44,110 bases of DNA from the NCBI GenBank assembly GCA_002299465.1, contig DBNX01000017.1, forward strand, positions 1 to 44,110, given 5' to 3'. Numbering within the stretch: the stretch's first letter is position 1; every line of letters starts with the position of its first letter. Source of the DNA: Patescibacteria group bacterium UBA661. Its GTDB lineage: Bacteria > Patescibacteriota > Minisyncoccia > Phycocordibacterales > UBA918. The notes under the pieces are model-generated. The model ran no database searches, had not been told where the DNA came from, and saw only the letters and a list, made by a program, of their open reading frames with translations. Below, in pieces: positions 17,157-27,200 of this stretch. The position numbers and the translations under genes were made by a program.

Positions 17157-17459
17157 ATGGTGGAAATCAAGCGCCTGGGCACGCTCTGTGGTGTACCAAT
17201 CTGTGTGAGGCACTACAAGGTTGCTCCAAACAGCACTGTAATCAACGCGGTTTGTACAGAAGATGGTTATGTCTTCGATAAAGAGATTCTAAACGACATG
17301 CGGATAGAAGCTAAGGAAATTCGCCACTTTCTTGCTGAGAACCTTATCAAGACAGCTGAGCTTTTTGGTGTAAAACCGTACGATATTAGTATCAGCGGCC
17401 CCGACCAAACTGATGGCAGTATGTTCCTCACCATTTTCACACCCCAAAGAGAAAGCTAA
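17157..17459 (+). CDS. Hypothetical protein (100 aa), monocistronic
   Basis: AGGAG 6 nt upstream of ATG 17157. It has its own promoter-like box and its own terminator. I recognise no family. Confidence 0.55.
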   Translation: MVEIKRLGTLCGVPICVRHYKVAPNSTVINAVCTEDGYVFDKEILNDMRIEAKEIRHFLAENLIKTAELFGVKPYDISISGPDQTDGSMFLTIFTPQRES

Positions 17460-17468
17460 GTGCTCTCA

Positions 17469-17499
17469 CAACCACCTCGTATGAGGTGGTTGAATTTTT
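17469..17499 (+). terminator. Intrinsic terminator CAACCACCTC-GTAT-GAGGTGGTTG plus AATTTTT
   Basis: 10-bp stem immediately after the 17459 stop, followed by a T-run. Confidence 0.8.
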
Positions 17500-17597
17500 G
17501 TTAAAATTTACATCATGACCACTTTTAGACTGCTGACAACCTTACTTTTTGCAGTAAATCACTCTGCCAGTATATTTGCTAAAAAATCGACATTTTG

Positions 17598-17626
17598 TTG
17601 ACTAATCGCTACCAATTTGCTATCGT
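17598..17626 (+). promoter_or_regulatory. Promoter TTGACT-17-(TGc)TATCGT, 10 nt upstream of the rpmG ATG (leaderless-type)
   Basis: -35 17598-17603, TG at 17618-17619, -10 17621-17626; ATG at 17637. Confidence 0.55.
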
Positions 17627-17636
17627 TAGCGACATT

Positions 17637-17816
17637 ATGTCACAAGATTTATTGATTAAACTCGTCTCCGTTGGCGATAAAAAAGGTGTCGGTAAAGGAC
17701 ACGTTTATTACACGCGTTACAACAACAAATCAAAAAAAGATCCGAGTAAAAAGTACGAAACTAAAAAGTTTAACCCGATCGCCCAAGCCCACACTGTCTA
17801 CAAACAAAAGAAATAA
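17637..17816 (+). CDS. rpmG: 50S ribosomal protein L33
   Basis: IKLVS..G.GHVYYTRYNNKSK...KKFNPIAQAHTVYKQKK aligns with my recollection of L33 ([20 protein letters not shown]...RKFDPVVRQHVIYKE). The start is set at ATG 17637. Confidence 0.8.
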   Translation: MSQDLLIKLVSVGDKKGVGKGHVYYTRYNNKSKKDPSKKYETKKFNPIAQAHTVYKQKK

Positions 17817-17820
17817 AAAA

Positions 17821-17848
17821 CTGCCCACCGTACGGTGGGCAGTTTTTT
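17821..17848. terminator. Bidirectional intrinsic terminator CTGCCCACCG-TA-CGGTGGGCAG flanked by an A-run and T6
   Basis: Sits between the convergent rpmG (stop 17816) and aldolase (stop 17874) genes. Confidence 0.85.
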
Positions 17849-17873
17849 ATTTCTTTTGTTTGGCCTGCCTCTT

Positions 17874-18902
17874 TTACTTTAGCTTAGTGTCACTGCGGGC
17901 ATCGTACTTACCCTGACTAGCCAAACTATTCATCTCAGCGGCATAGCGAAGCATTTCTTGAGCTTCTGGTATATTTTCTGGCTTACCTTGCCAGGCCATC
18001 AAAACTGGCTCCTCGAGCGCGCGCGAATAAGAAAAAGTGATAGGCCACGGCTGTTCTCCTAATTTAACGATGGCATTCAGATTTTCAACGGAGCGCTTCG
18101 GTGTCTGACCACCCGACAAAAACACGATACCACCAACTTCGTGCGGTACTGACATATGAAAAGTCCGTAGTGTGGCATTGGCCACTGCTTCGGGTGAAGA
18201 TTGCTCACTCGCCATATCTCCCGCTAAAACCATCGATGATTTGAGGATTAATCCCTCTAAATCAACTCGGTAGTTCATCAGAGTCTGAAATAGTATCTGT
18301 AAAGTACGAGTGGTTACCTGTTCCGCTCGTACAATAGAATGGTCGCCAGCAAAAATTACCTCCGGTTCAACCATTGGCACAATTCCAGCCGCCTGCGCGA
18401 GCTGTGCGTAACGTGCCAACATAATAGCATTCATAGTAATTGCGGCATCGGTGGGAGTGTCTTCCTCATCAATCGTCACGACCGCGCGCCACTTAGCGAA
18501 ACGTGCCCCCAAGTCATAATATTCTTCCAAACGAGCCGTAAGGTCATCCAGACCCTGCGTAACAACTTCTCCCTTAAAACCGTGCAAATCCGTAGTGCCT
18601 TTATCAACCTTAATCCCAGGAACAATACCCTTAGCAGTGAGCACATCTGGGAACGGTGTCCCACCATCGGTAAAATTACGAATTGAGGAATCGTACATTA
18701 TTACTCCAGAAATATACTTTTCAATCCCTAGTGCGGTAAATAATAACTCACGAAAGTCTTGACGATTCTCTGGTTTGTTTGGTAAATGTACTAACGCCAA
18801 CCGTTTGCCGGCTGAGGCATCACTTTCATCAGCCGCGAGGATGCCCTTACCGGGTGCCATCAGGGTCGCTACGGTTTCGTATAACTTGGTGTTCTTTTTC
18901 AT
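17874..18902 (-). CDS. fba: Class I (Schiff-base) fructose-bisphosphate aldolase
   Basis: GILAADESDASAGKRL and LEGLILKSSMV (Schiff-base Lys context) match the class I glycolytic aldolase family. Confidence 0.9.
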   Translation of the reverse strand: MKKNTKLYETVATLMAPGKGILAADESDASAGKRLALVHLPNKPENRQDFRELLFTALGIEKYISGVIMYDSSIRNFTDGGTPFPDVLTAKGIVPGIKVDKGTTDLHGFKGEVVTQGLDDLTARLEEYYDLGARFAKWRAVVTIDEEDTPTDAAITMNAIMLARYAQLAQAAGIVPMVEPEVIFAGDHSIVRAEQVTTRTLQILFQTLMNYRVDLEGLILKSSMVLAGDMASEQSSPEAVANATLRTFHMSVPHEVGGIVFLSGGQTPKRSVENLNAIVKLGEQPWPITFSYSRALEEPVLMAWQGKPENIPEAQEMLRYAAEMNSLASQGKYDARSDTKLK

Positions 18903-18911
18903 ACTTTAACT

Positions 18912-18920
18912 AGTGTAACA
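18912..18920 (-). promoter_or_regulatory. Extended -10 TGtTACACT, 9 nt upstream of the fba ATG (leaderless-type)
   Basis: The reverse complement of 18912-18920 reads TGTTACACT. Confidence 0.5.
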
Positions 18921-19019
18921 AAAAAAGTGCCAGACTCACCATATCAACTGTGAGCAACTCTTAGTAAAAATGTATATAATCAAACCACATCAGATAACTC
19001 TTCGCTAAAAACAACCGTT

Positions 19020-19775
19020 ATGAAAATTACGATCGAACAAGAAATGAAATGGTTATTACAAGAAAAATATAATGGACAAAGCGGCGCTGAGTACGAAGCC
19101 GATTGTGTTCGTCTGAAAGCTGGTGAACCCTTAGCTTATCTGATTGGTCATTTGCCGTTTCTCAATACTACAATCTGGTTGGACTCTCACCCCCTCATCC
19201 CTCGTCCCGAAACAGAATATTGGGTAAACGAACTAATCACCTCCTTTAGAAAAAGAAAATATTCGCCAAAAAATATTTTAGACCTGGGAGCGGGTAGCGG
19301 CTGCATTGGAATAGCGCTAGGTAAAGAATTTACCTCTGCCGCTATAACTTTTGTCGAACTAGAAAACAGACATAGCGCCACCCTTGAAAAAAACTGCGCC
19401 TTTAATAAATTAGAAAAAAATCGTTACCAGATTTTTGTGGGCGACCTGTTTACACCCATCCTTGACCAGCCAACTTTTGATTTGATTGTGAGCAACCCAC
19501 CTTATATTGATGCTTCCTTGAAGCGCACCGCCACCAGCGTAATCAAATACGAACCACCGCTGGCTCTCTACGGCGGAAGCGGTGGAATGGCTATAATTGA
19601 AAAAATAATTATCGAAGCCCCACACTGGCTTAACCCGCACGGTGAATTATGGCTAGAACACGAACCCGAACAAACTGAAACCATAACAAGCCTAGCCCTT
19701 AACTACGGCTTCCGTTGCCATACCCAAACAGACCAATTTGGAACACTGCGTTACTCACAATTAGTGTTACAATAA
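19020..19775 (+). CDS. prmC: Peptide-chain-release-factor glutamine N5-methyltransferase (PrmC/HemK)
   Basis: SAM motif LDLGAGSGCIGIAL and catalytic NPPYI. Confidence 0.87.
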   Translation: MKITIEQEMKWLLQEKYNGQSGAEYEADCVRLKAGEPLAYLIGHLPFLNTTIWLDSHPLIPRPETEYWVNELITSFRKRKYSPKNILDLGAGSGCIGIALGKEFTSAAITFVELENRHSATLEKNCAFNKLEKNRYQIFVGDLFTPILDQPTFDLIVSNPPYIDASLKRTATSVIKYEPPLALYGGSGGMAIIEKIIIEAPHWLNPHGELWLEHEPEQTETITSLALNYGFRCHTQTDQFGTLRYSQLVLQ

Positions 19776-19795
19776 ACAGGCGAGAAAAATCATTT

Positions 19796-20026
19796 ATGTC
19801 GTTTATGTTTTTTACACCATCATTTGACCTTCCGCTTGATTCAATTGTCCTCATCGGTTTTTATCTAGTAGCGGGTTTGTACACTGTTTTTACAATAATT
19901 TTGTACTACCACTGGCAGCAATACAGCATTGACGACAAAGTGTCCCGCTTGACCTACATTGTTTATCTCGTCACTACCCTACCCTTAATCGGCTTGCTTG
20001 GTATTTTAACGTTCTTTATTAATTAA
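19796..20026 (+). CDS. Small two-TM membrane protein (76 aa)
   Basis: Two hydrophobic helices. The start is set at ATG 19796, downstream of the prmC stop. Confidence 0.5.
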   Translation: MSFMFFTPSFDLPLDSIVLIGFYLVAGLYTVFTIILYYHWQQYSIDDKVSRLTYIVYLVTTLPLIGLLGILTFFIN

Positions 20027-20040
20027 AAACTCGCTTACCT

Positions 20041-20607
20041 ATGCTTCTAGAAAAAATCCAACTCGAGCCCAATGAAGAAATCCTACAGACTGTTCGCAAG
20101 CACTGGTTTATTCTATTTTCTGAATTGTTCGGTGTCCTTGTTATGTTACTGGCACCTTTATTTGTGATGGTAGTAGCGGCTTTTATTCCCAACCTACCCG
20201 AAACCTTAAATATTTTCTCAGAATACTTAGTTCTATCATCTTACTTCATCATCGTCTGGATAATCTTTTGCCTCCTTTCCGCCTTCACTATCTGGACTCA
20301 TTATTATCTCGATTTGTGGGTAGTGACTAATCGTCGTTTGCTAGTGATTGATCAAATACACTTCTTCAACCGCAAAGTGAGCAGTTTTCGTCTGGAACGC
20401 CTGCAAGACATCAAAGTGCTAATCAGTGGCGTTATACCAACCTTCCTAAACTTCGGCACAATCCGCGCGCAAACAGCGAGTGCTGCCGACTCTGCCTTTA
20501 CTTCAACCGGATTACCTGACCCGCGCGGCTTACAAGCCATCATTCAAAAAGCTACCGATGAACGCTTGCGTGACCTAAACCAACCAGCATCACTGCTAAC
20601 CGATTAA
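20041..20607 (+). CDS. Membrane protein with a bacterial PH (bPH_2/YdbS-YdbT-like) domain
   Basis: Two TM helices followed by VVTNRRLLVIDQ...FRLERLQDIKV...FGTIRAQT, typical of the bPH_2 layout. Confidence 0.7.
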   Translation: MLLEKIQLEPNEEILQTVRKHWFILFSELFGVLVMLLAPLFVMVVAAFIPNLPETLNIFSEYLVLSSYFIIVWIIFCLLSAFTIWTHYYLDLWVVTNRRLLVIDQIHFFNRKVSSFRLERLQDIKVLISGVIPTFLNFGTIRAQTASAADSAFTSTGLPDPRGLQAIIQKATDERLRDLNQPASLLTD

Positions 20608-20610
20608 AAC

Positions 20611-20639
20611 TTGCATTCCCCTTGCTGCTCACCTAAAAT
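20611..20639 (+). promoter_or_regulatory. Promoter TTGCAT-17-TAAAAT, 8 nt upstream of the hisS ATG (leaderless-type)
   Basis: -35 20611-20616 and -10 20634-20639; ATG at 20648. Confidence 0.55.
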
Positions 20640-20647
20640 TAGCTACT

Positions 20648-21919
20648 ATGAACGAAGAAAAACTCTCCACCGCTCCTTACAAGGGGGTTCGTGATTTTTA
20701 CCCTGAAGATTTGGCAATTTTGAGTTACATAATCAAAACCTGGAGTAAAACCGCCGAGAGTTTTGGCTTTGCTCGCTACGATGCCTCAGTCTTAGAGCCG
20801 GCTGAACTTTACAAAAATAAAGGAGCTGTCAACGCTGAAATTGTCAACGAACAGACTTACACCTTCATTGATCGGGGCGAGCGTGCGGTCACCCTGCGAC
20901 CGGAAATGACTCCGACGGCGGCGCGTTTAGTCGCCGCCCGGGCGCGCGATTTATGCTTCCCGCTACGCTGGTACGCCATACCAAACCTGTTTCGCTACGA
21001 AAGACCCCAACGGGGTCGCTTGCGTGAACATTGGCAATTAAACTGCGATCTTTTTGGTGTCACTGACCGCCTGGCTGATATTGAAATTTTACTTTTGGCT
21101 CACCAAATCTTAATTGATTTTGGCGCCACTTCCGAGATGTTTACCATCCTCGTAAATGACCGCGCCGAAATGACTGCCGCTTACCAAGCACTCGGCATCA
21201 CTGACGCCAACACTATAAATGACATCACACGCCTAACCGATCGCAAACGCAAAATCACTGATGCCACCTATCGCCAAGAGCTCACGACTATTCTTAAGGG
21301 AAACAATGTACTAGCTGAACAAGTGCTAAACTTGCTCGAAACCCCAAATGTTACCCATCCTTTACTCAACGATCTAAAAGAGCTGGGAGTTACAAATGTC
21401 AAAATTGACCGCACGATTGCCCGTGGTTTTGATTATTACACGGGTATGATTTTTGAGGTCGTTGATAATCATCCAGAAAATAACCGTTCCCTCATGGGTG
21501 GCGGCCGATACAACAGTCTAACTGCAATGTTTAGCTCGGAAGCCGTGGCGGCAGTCGGTTTTGGAATGGGAGATGTCACGATGCGTGATTTTTTGATTTC
21601 ACACCAACTCTTACCGAAAAACGTAACCATCACCGCTCCCACTTTAATGATTATCCCAGCCGAACCAGTCAATTCCCTTCCCAGTGAAAAATTAGCTCTT
21701 CTTTTCCGCGCTCGTGGCATAAAAACCGGTGTCGATTTTGGTACCAAAAAATTGGGTAAAAAAATTGCTGACGCGGCAACTAGTGGTGTAAAATACGCCA
21801 TTGTGGTTGGAGAATCAGAGTTGGCGGCTGGGCAGTTTGTTCTAAAAAACCTAGATTTAAATCTCACCGAGACTGGCTCCATTGAGTCTTTAATTACATT
21901 TTTGATTGAACAAACCTAA
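20648..21919 (+). CDS. hisS: Histidine--tRNA ligase
   Basis: Class II motif 2 region FRYERPQRGRLREHWQ, YKGVRDFYPED at the N-terminus, and a C-terminal anticodon-binding domain. Confidence 0.92.
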   Translation: MNEEKLSTAPYKGVRDFYPEDLAILSYIIKTWSKTAESFGFARYDASVLEPAELYKNKGAVNAEIVNEQTYTFIDRGERAVTLRPEMTPTAARLVAARARDLCFPLRWYAIPNLFRYERPQRGRLREHWQLNCDLFGVTDRLADIEILLLAHQILIDFGATSEMFTILVNDRAEMTAAYQALGITDANTINDITRLTDRKRKITDATYRQELTTILKGNNVLAEQVLNLLETPNVTHPLLNDLKELGVTNVKIDRTIARGFDYYTGMIFEVVDNHPENNRSLMGGGRYNSLTAMFSSEAVAAVGFGMGDVTMRDFLISHQLLPKNVTITAPTLMIIPAEPVNSLPSEKLALLFRARGIKTGVDFGTKKLGKKIADAATSGVKYAIVVGESELAAGQFVLKNLDLNLTETGSIESLITFLIEQT

Positions 21920-21924
21920 GCTTC

Positions 21925-22500
21925 ATGCGTTACCTCATTTTTGATTTAGAAACTCAGAATACTTTTCAAGATGTCGGCAGTAGTGATCCGAGCGCTCTTT
22001 CTATCTCAGTTGGATCTTTTTATGATAGCGAGACCGACCGCTACACAACCGTTACTGTCGATGAGCTGAGTCAGGCTTGGCCTCTCATTGAAAATGCTGA
22101 TGCTCTCGTTGGTTTTAATACAAACCATTTTGATATTCCACTCCTTAATAAATACTATCCGGGTGATTTGTTTGCCATCAAAAGTATTGATTTATTAGAG
22201 GCGGTAAAAAAATCCCTCGGCCGACGCTTGCGTTTGGACTCCATCGCTGAAGCTACTGTTGGCGCGACCAAATCGGCTCATGGATTAACCGCTGTGCGCT
22301 GGTGGCGTGAAGGTAAAATTGAAGACATCAAAACCTATTGCGAGCAAGATGTACGCGTGACGAAAAAGCTTTTTGATTACGCTCGCCAACACGGGCATCT
22401 AAAATTTAAAGACGGTAGTAGAAAACGAGAAATACCGATAGATACTACTACTTGGGAAACTAAAGACGACGCGGTCCTAACTCATTCCCTACAATTCTAA
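21925..22500 (+). CDS. RNase H-like fold 3'-5' exonuclease-domain protein
   Basis: DEDD-like blocks LIFDLET, VGFNTNHFDIPLL and YCEQDVRVTKKLF. Confidence 0.65.
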   Translation: MRYLIFDLETQNTFQDVGSSDPSALSISVGSFYDSETDRYTTVTVDELSQAWPLIENADALVGFNTNHFDIPLLNKYYPGDLFAIKSIDLLEAVKKSLGRRLRLDSIAEATVGATKSAHGLTAVRWWREGKIEDIKTYCEQDVRVTKKLFDYARQHGHLKFKDGSRKREIPIDTTTWETKDDAVLTHSLQF

Positions 22501-23303
22501 AGAAACCAAGACACGTACGCGACGAAAATCGCCAAAATAATACTGTACCAAATAAATGGCCACAACGTGTATTTACGAATAAAGTCTAGGAAAAAGTGGA
22601 TAACGATAATTGCTACTACATAGCTAACCACCGCCGCTACGGCAACCGGACCCCAATTCACAGTTTCACCAATGATAATTAGATCGATTAGTTTTTTGGT
22701 GCCCACTCCAAGCGTAATCGGAATTGCTAACAAAAAAGAAAACCGTGCCGCTTCGTAACGAGACAAACCCACCAACATTCCGCCTGCCAAAGTGGCTCCG
22801 GATCGGGAAAATCCCGGAATCAATGCCAAGGCCTGAAAAATACCAATCAAAAAGCCGCGGCGAACGGTGATGCTACCATTCGGTGGCTTAATATGGTAAC
22901 GCCACTCCGCGTACATAAAAAATAAGGCGGAAAGAAAAAGCACGCCTGCCACGAGCAACGCTCGCTCGAAAGTAGACATAAACTCCTCCAGCAACATCCC
23001 GAGAATTACCCCTGGAATGGTACCGACCAACAAGGCATAAAGAAGTGTCGCATCTTTTTCGTTAGTGGGCAGTCGTCCCAATTTACGAATCAGCGTCTGC
23101 ACAAGCACCCACAGCTCCGCCCGAAAATAGGTGATAACGGCTAATGTCGTTGCTAAGTGCAAAACAGCGTCTACTGCAAAACCATTAACATCATCGATGT
23201 TTAGAAAATCGCGCACCATCATCAGGTGACCCGAGGAAGAAATCGGCAAAAACTCAGTAATTCCCTGCAGTAAGCCCAGTATCAGGGCGGTGATTATGTC
23301 CAT
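22497..23303 (-). CDS. uppP: Undecaprenyl-diphosphate phosphatase
   Basis: LGLLQGITEFLPISSSGHL and PGFSRSGATLAG blocks of the BacA/UppP family. Confidence 0.94.
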   Translation of the reverse strand: MDIITALILGLLQGITEFLPISSSGHLMMVRDFLNIDDVNGFAVDAVLHLATTLAVITYFRAELWVLVQTLIRKLGRLPTNEKDATLLYALLVGTIPGVILGMLLEEFMSTFERALLVAGVLFLSALFFMYAEWRYHIKPPNGSITVRRGFLIGIFQALALIPGFSRSGATLAGGMLVGLSRYEAARFSFLLAIPITLGVGTKKLIDLIIIGETVNWGPVAVAAVVSYVVAIIVIHFFLDFIRKYTLWPFIWYSIILAIFVAYVSWFL

Positions 23304-23314
23304 ATTTAGTCAAC

Positions 23315-23323
23315 AGTATACCA
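23315..23323 (-). promoter_or_regulatory. Extended -10 TGgTATACT, 11 nt upstream of the uppP ATG (leaderless-type)
   Basis: The reverse complement of 23315-23323 reads TGGTATACT. Confidence 0.5.
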
Positions 23324-23341
23324 TCGCCAAAAAATAAATCG

Positions 23342-23350
23342 TGTTAGAAT
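23342..23350 (+). promoter_or_regulatory. Extended -10 TGtTAGAAT for the DsbA-like gene (47-nt leader)
   Basis: TGTTAGAAT at 23342-23350. Confidence 0.4.
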
Positions 23351-23397
23351 GTAAACATTGAGATAGGTAAAATTAATCTTAAATCAAAAAATACACT

Positions 23398-24177
23398 ATG
23401 GAACCAAACTTTACACCCAATAATAATCAAAATTCTGTTGTTATACCGATCGCCATCGTAGCTGGTTTTGGCTTGATTGCTTTAGCTATTTACTTTAGTG
23501 GACTAGGCGGAACCAGAGTAGCCACCGCCCCCACTGCCGCTCCTCAGCCAGCCACCGCACCCCAAGCTACTGGCCAAATCAGACCAGTAGACGAGACCGA
23601 TTTTATTAAAGGTAATCCTAACGCCCCGATTTTAATTGTCGAGTATTCAGACTATGAATGTGTTTTTTGTAAGCAATTTCACGAGACAATGCACCGCATT
23701 ATGAGCGAGTACGGTATCAACGGTAACGTAGCGTGGGTATATCGGCAATTTCCCATCACCCAACTTCACCCCAATTCCGAAAGAATCTCGGAAACTGCGC
23801 TTTGTGTCGGTGAAGTAGGTGGCAACGAAGCTTTTTGGAAATTTACTGACAATTTATTCTTTGGTCGAGAAGCTGGTGAGAGAATCGACGTTGCTCAATT
23901 ACCAGTCTACGCCGAAGTGGCTGGTGTACCCCGCGCCGAACTTTTAAGTTGCCTAGACTCTGGCAGACAAAGAACTGTCTTGGAGGCTTCGATCGCTGAT
24001 GGTATACAGGCGGGTGTTCAGGGAACTCCACAGTCATTCATAATTGTCGGCAACCAAATGGAAGCCATCAACGGCGCTCAACCCTATGCTGTTATGAAAG
24101 GAATTATCGACAGTCTATTGGCACAACTAGCTGGTGGCGCTGCCACTCCCCCACCCGCTCCAGCTTCTCCTCAGTAA
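23398..24177 (+). CDS. Membrane-anchored DsbA-family thiol:disulfide oxidoreductase
   Basis: N-terminal TM helix, Ala/Pro linker, and thioredoxin-fold active site YSDYECVFCKQF (CxxC). Confidence 0.82.
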   Translation: MEPNFTPNNNQNSVVIPIAIVAGFGLIALAIYFSGLGGTRVATAPTAAPQPATAPQATGQIRPVDETDFIKGNPNAPILIVEYSDYECVFCKQFHETMHRIMSEYGINGNVAWVYRQFPITQLHPNSERISETALCVGEVGGNEAFWKFTDNLFFGREAGERIDVAQLPVYAEVAGVPRAELLSCLDSGRQRTVLEASIADGIQAGVQGTPQSFIIVGNQMEAINGAQPYAVMKGIIDSLLAQLAGGAATPPPAPASPQ

Positions 24178-24198
24178 CATCTGGCTCTAAAAAATCTC

Positions 24199-24223
24199 AA
24201 AAACCGGCAGTTGCCGGTTTTTT
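24199..24223. terminator. Bidirectional intrinsic terminator AAAAACCGGCA-GT-TGCCGGTTTTTT
   Basis: Sits between the convergent DsbA-like (stop 24177) and helicase (stop 24292) genes. Confidence 0.75.
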
Positions 24224-24291
24224 CATTCGCTGGTTTACTCCATAATGTCATGTACAGAGAAGTAGCCAGCTAACTAAGTAAGCGTTCCTCT

Positions 24292-27200
24292 CTAGGGACA
24301 ATTGCGCCTAAGCCACTGTTCCGCCAACACGGCGTGTTTGCTGGCACCAGCCAATTCTTCATTGTTAAGAAAATCACCACTCCAAAATTCTTGGACAACC
24401 TGTTTGATTGTGGTCTTAAGCTGGTCTATTTCTAGGGCTGTGATCTTAAAAGATTCTTCTCTAATAGAACCATTTTTCAGTGGCTCTACAAAAGAAATTA
24501 CGGTCTCGTCTGTGTGTAAACGCTCATCTTCCTGCCGAGACAGCAACAGTACATAGAATTGAACTTGGCGTAGATAATTACCGTCGCTATTTTTGGTCTC
24601 ACCCAAAATCTCCCCGCGAGTTTTGGGTTTTCCGGTCTTGTAGTCTAAGACCCGAAGGGCCTGCCCATCAGTAGCAAAATCAACCCGATCCATCTTGCCG
24701 GTAAGCAAAATTTCTGGAATCTCCGGCAGGGTCAGTTCTAACTTCGCCTGCAACTTTAATTCCTCGCGAGTCACTGTAGCTGCGGTCTGTTTAAGATGTT
24801 CAAGATATCTCACTAGCATCACGCTTCCCTTCTCATGTAGCTGTGTGTATTCAGAAGTGGTAATTGGTAAACGATGTAACTCAGTTTTAAGCCATTTGAG
24901 CAAATCTGTATTTTCGGGCCAGACTCCGGTCGTCGTGTGTTGCTTAGTTGTCTTGTCTAACACCTGATGCAGAGCTGTGCCAAATTGTAAATGTAAGGGT
25001 TTTGTTGTGGGCACTCGCAACAAATTATCAAAAAGAAAATCCCACGGATTGGCAAGTAAATTATTAAATGAACTTGCTGACAAACCTCGCTCTAAAAGAA
25101 GTGTTTGCAATAATGCCCGAGTAGCTGACTGGTCAGTTTGCTTAACACTCACCAGAGACGCGACGGGTGAGAATTCATTTTCAAACTCACTAACATCGGT
25201 TGGTATCAGTTGTTTTTGGTCACAAAGTTCTGTAATGAGACGAAACGTGGTGGTGTCTTTACCTTGAATGGACTGGGCGGAAGCAGAAAGATGCAGTTCT
25301 TTTTTGGCACGCGTAAACGCCACGTAGAGAAGACGGCGTTCATCGTCAATTGGATCAACGGCAAAATCGGCTGTGTATTTATCAAGGGGTACCTTAAATG
25401 CCTGACGCTGGGCTTTCCCACTCCAGCGAGCATCTTGTAAATGCGGGACAAAAACTACCGCAAACTCTAATCCTTTAGCCTTATGGGCGGTCATTATCTT
25501 TAGTGCTGTCCGACTGGTTACGATGTACGGTGCCACCATTGGTAAGTTATAAGTACGCCGAGTGGCCAGAAGTTTCCTTACCGCCCCTAAGGTACTAACG
25601 CCATCGCGGCTAACCATCGCTTCGATTTCATCATAAATCCGACGGACTACTCTAGCCCCGGCAATTGGATCATTAGCCATCACATGCGTAAGCAGACCAC
25701 TAGCTTCGAGCAGATATTGCACCACGCGTTGCGGTGGTTCATAGACCGCTCGCGCTCTGGCTTCAGTGATAACTTTCATAATGTTAAGGGCCTTTTCTGG
25801 TTCACTCAATCCTAAATCTTTAATCCGCGCTTCAGACGTCAGCAGTAGTGCTAGTGACGTCTCGTAAGAACGAGCGCTTAATAATTTAACGATATCAGCT
25901 GTCGACAAACCCCAGTAAGCTCCCTGCACAACACAAACCAAAGCACTTTCGTCGGCTTCGGTTAGTACCGCCTGCAACAAACCTTCGCTGGTTTGTAATA
26001 TTGGGTGTTGCAAAATATCCCCTTCAGCTGACGCTTCCACCGGAAAACCTGCCTGTCGCAAGCGAACCGAGAAATTTTCAACTTCCTGGTTTGTCCGTAA
26101 AATGACAGCGATTTCGGAGGGGGCTGTACCCGCGTCTATTTTTTTCTTGATGGCATCGACAATCCAGTCATCTTCCACCGCTTGGTGTGAGAAATGTCGC
26201 CAGGAAATTTCTCCGGGGTCAGTAGTTTTAGCTAGGAGCGGCGTCCGTAAACGCATCATTGTTTCGTCCGGTACAGTGATTAACGCTTGTGCCAAATCAA
26301 GAATCTTCTGCCCAGAGCGGTAGTTGTCGGTAAGACTAATTTGCACCGTATCAGGAAAAACCGTAGTAAAGTAAAGGAAATTTTCTAAGGAAGCCCCTTG
26401 AAAACGATAGATGGCTTGTTTCTCATCACCCACCACAAAAATGTTGGGTTGATCGTGAAAATTACAAAGCAACTCTAAGATTTTATTTTGTGCGCCATTA
26501 ACGTCTTGGTGTTCATCCGCCAAAATATACTGGTAGGTTTCTTGGAGATTACGCAAAAGATCTATATCGCCAGTCAACGCCTCTATCGCTTCGTTAAGCA
26601 TATCGTCAAAGTCATACCAACGCAGCGAGCGCAATCCGGCCTCATACCGCAGATAGACGCTATGTAGTTCTCGATTTTTTGCCAGCTCGCGCTCCAGTGT
26701 ACTGTATTCACCTCGCACTTTCCCTTTATGCGCTCCGCCTTTATGGAATTTTTCAACTTTACTAAAATCAGCTTCTTGCTTAGCGATGATGACACTTAAA
26801 GCCGTGGGTGAGATATAAGATTGTTTTAATTCACTTATCATCTTAAGTAGCGTTGGTACATAGTGAGTCTGATTGCCCAGCGGTCGCAAAACAGAAAACG
26901 CGGTGTCTTCAAGAATCGTTTCAATTAAATCAACTTTCTCAATATCAGTAGCGGGTCGACCGCCGATAATCCGCGGGAAGGACTCTGGGTACTCTGTGAT
27001 GAGCCGACTAGCAAAACCATGAAAAGTAAAAATCGGCACACGGTAAGCCAGCGGTCCCAAGTATCGACGCAAGCGTTCGCGCATCGCCTTAGCACCCGAT
27101 TCAGTAAAGGTCAGGGCTAGAACATTCTCCGGTTGCAGATCAGTCCGGTAGAGAATGTTGGCTAAGCGTAAAGCTAGGATTTGCGTTTTACCAGTGCCTG

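Noticed and set aside
17637-17816. L33 lacks the Cys4 zinc motif, which might point to zinc economy together with DnaG.
   Set aside because: Cys-less L33 is the ordinary form in many bacteria, including E. coli, so it is not evidence of anything unusual.
23392-23397. TACACT hexamer directly abutting the DsbA-like ATG.
   Set aside because: With zero spacing it cannot serve as a -10 for this start. The TGtTAGAAT box at 23342-23350 is the more plausible promoter.
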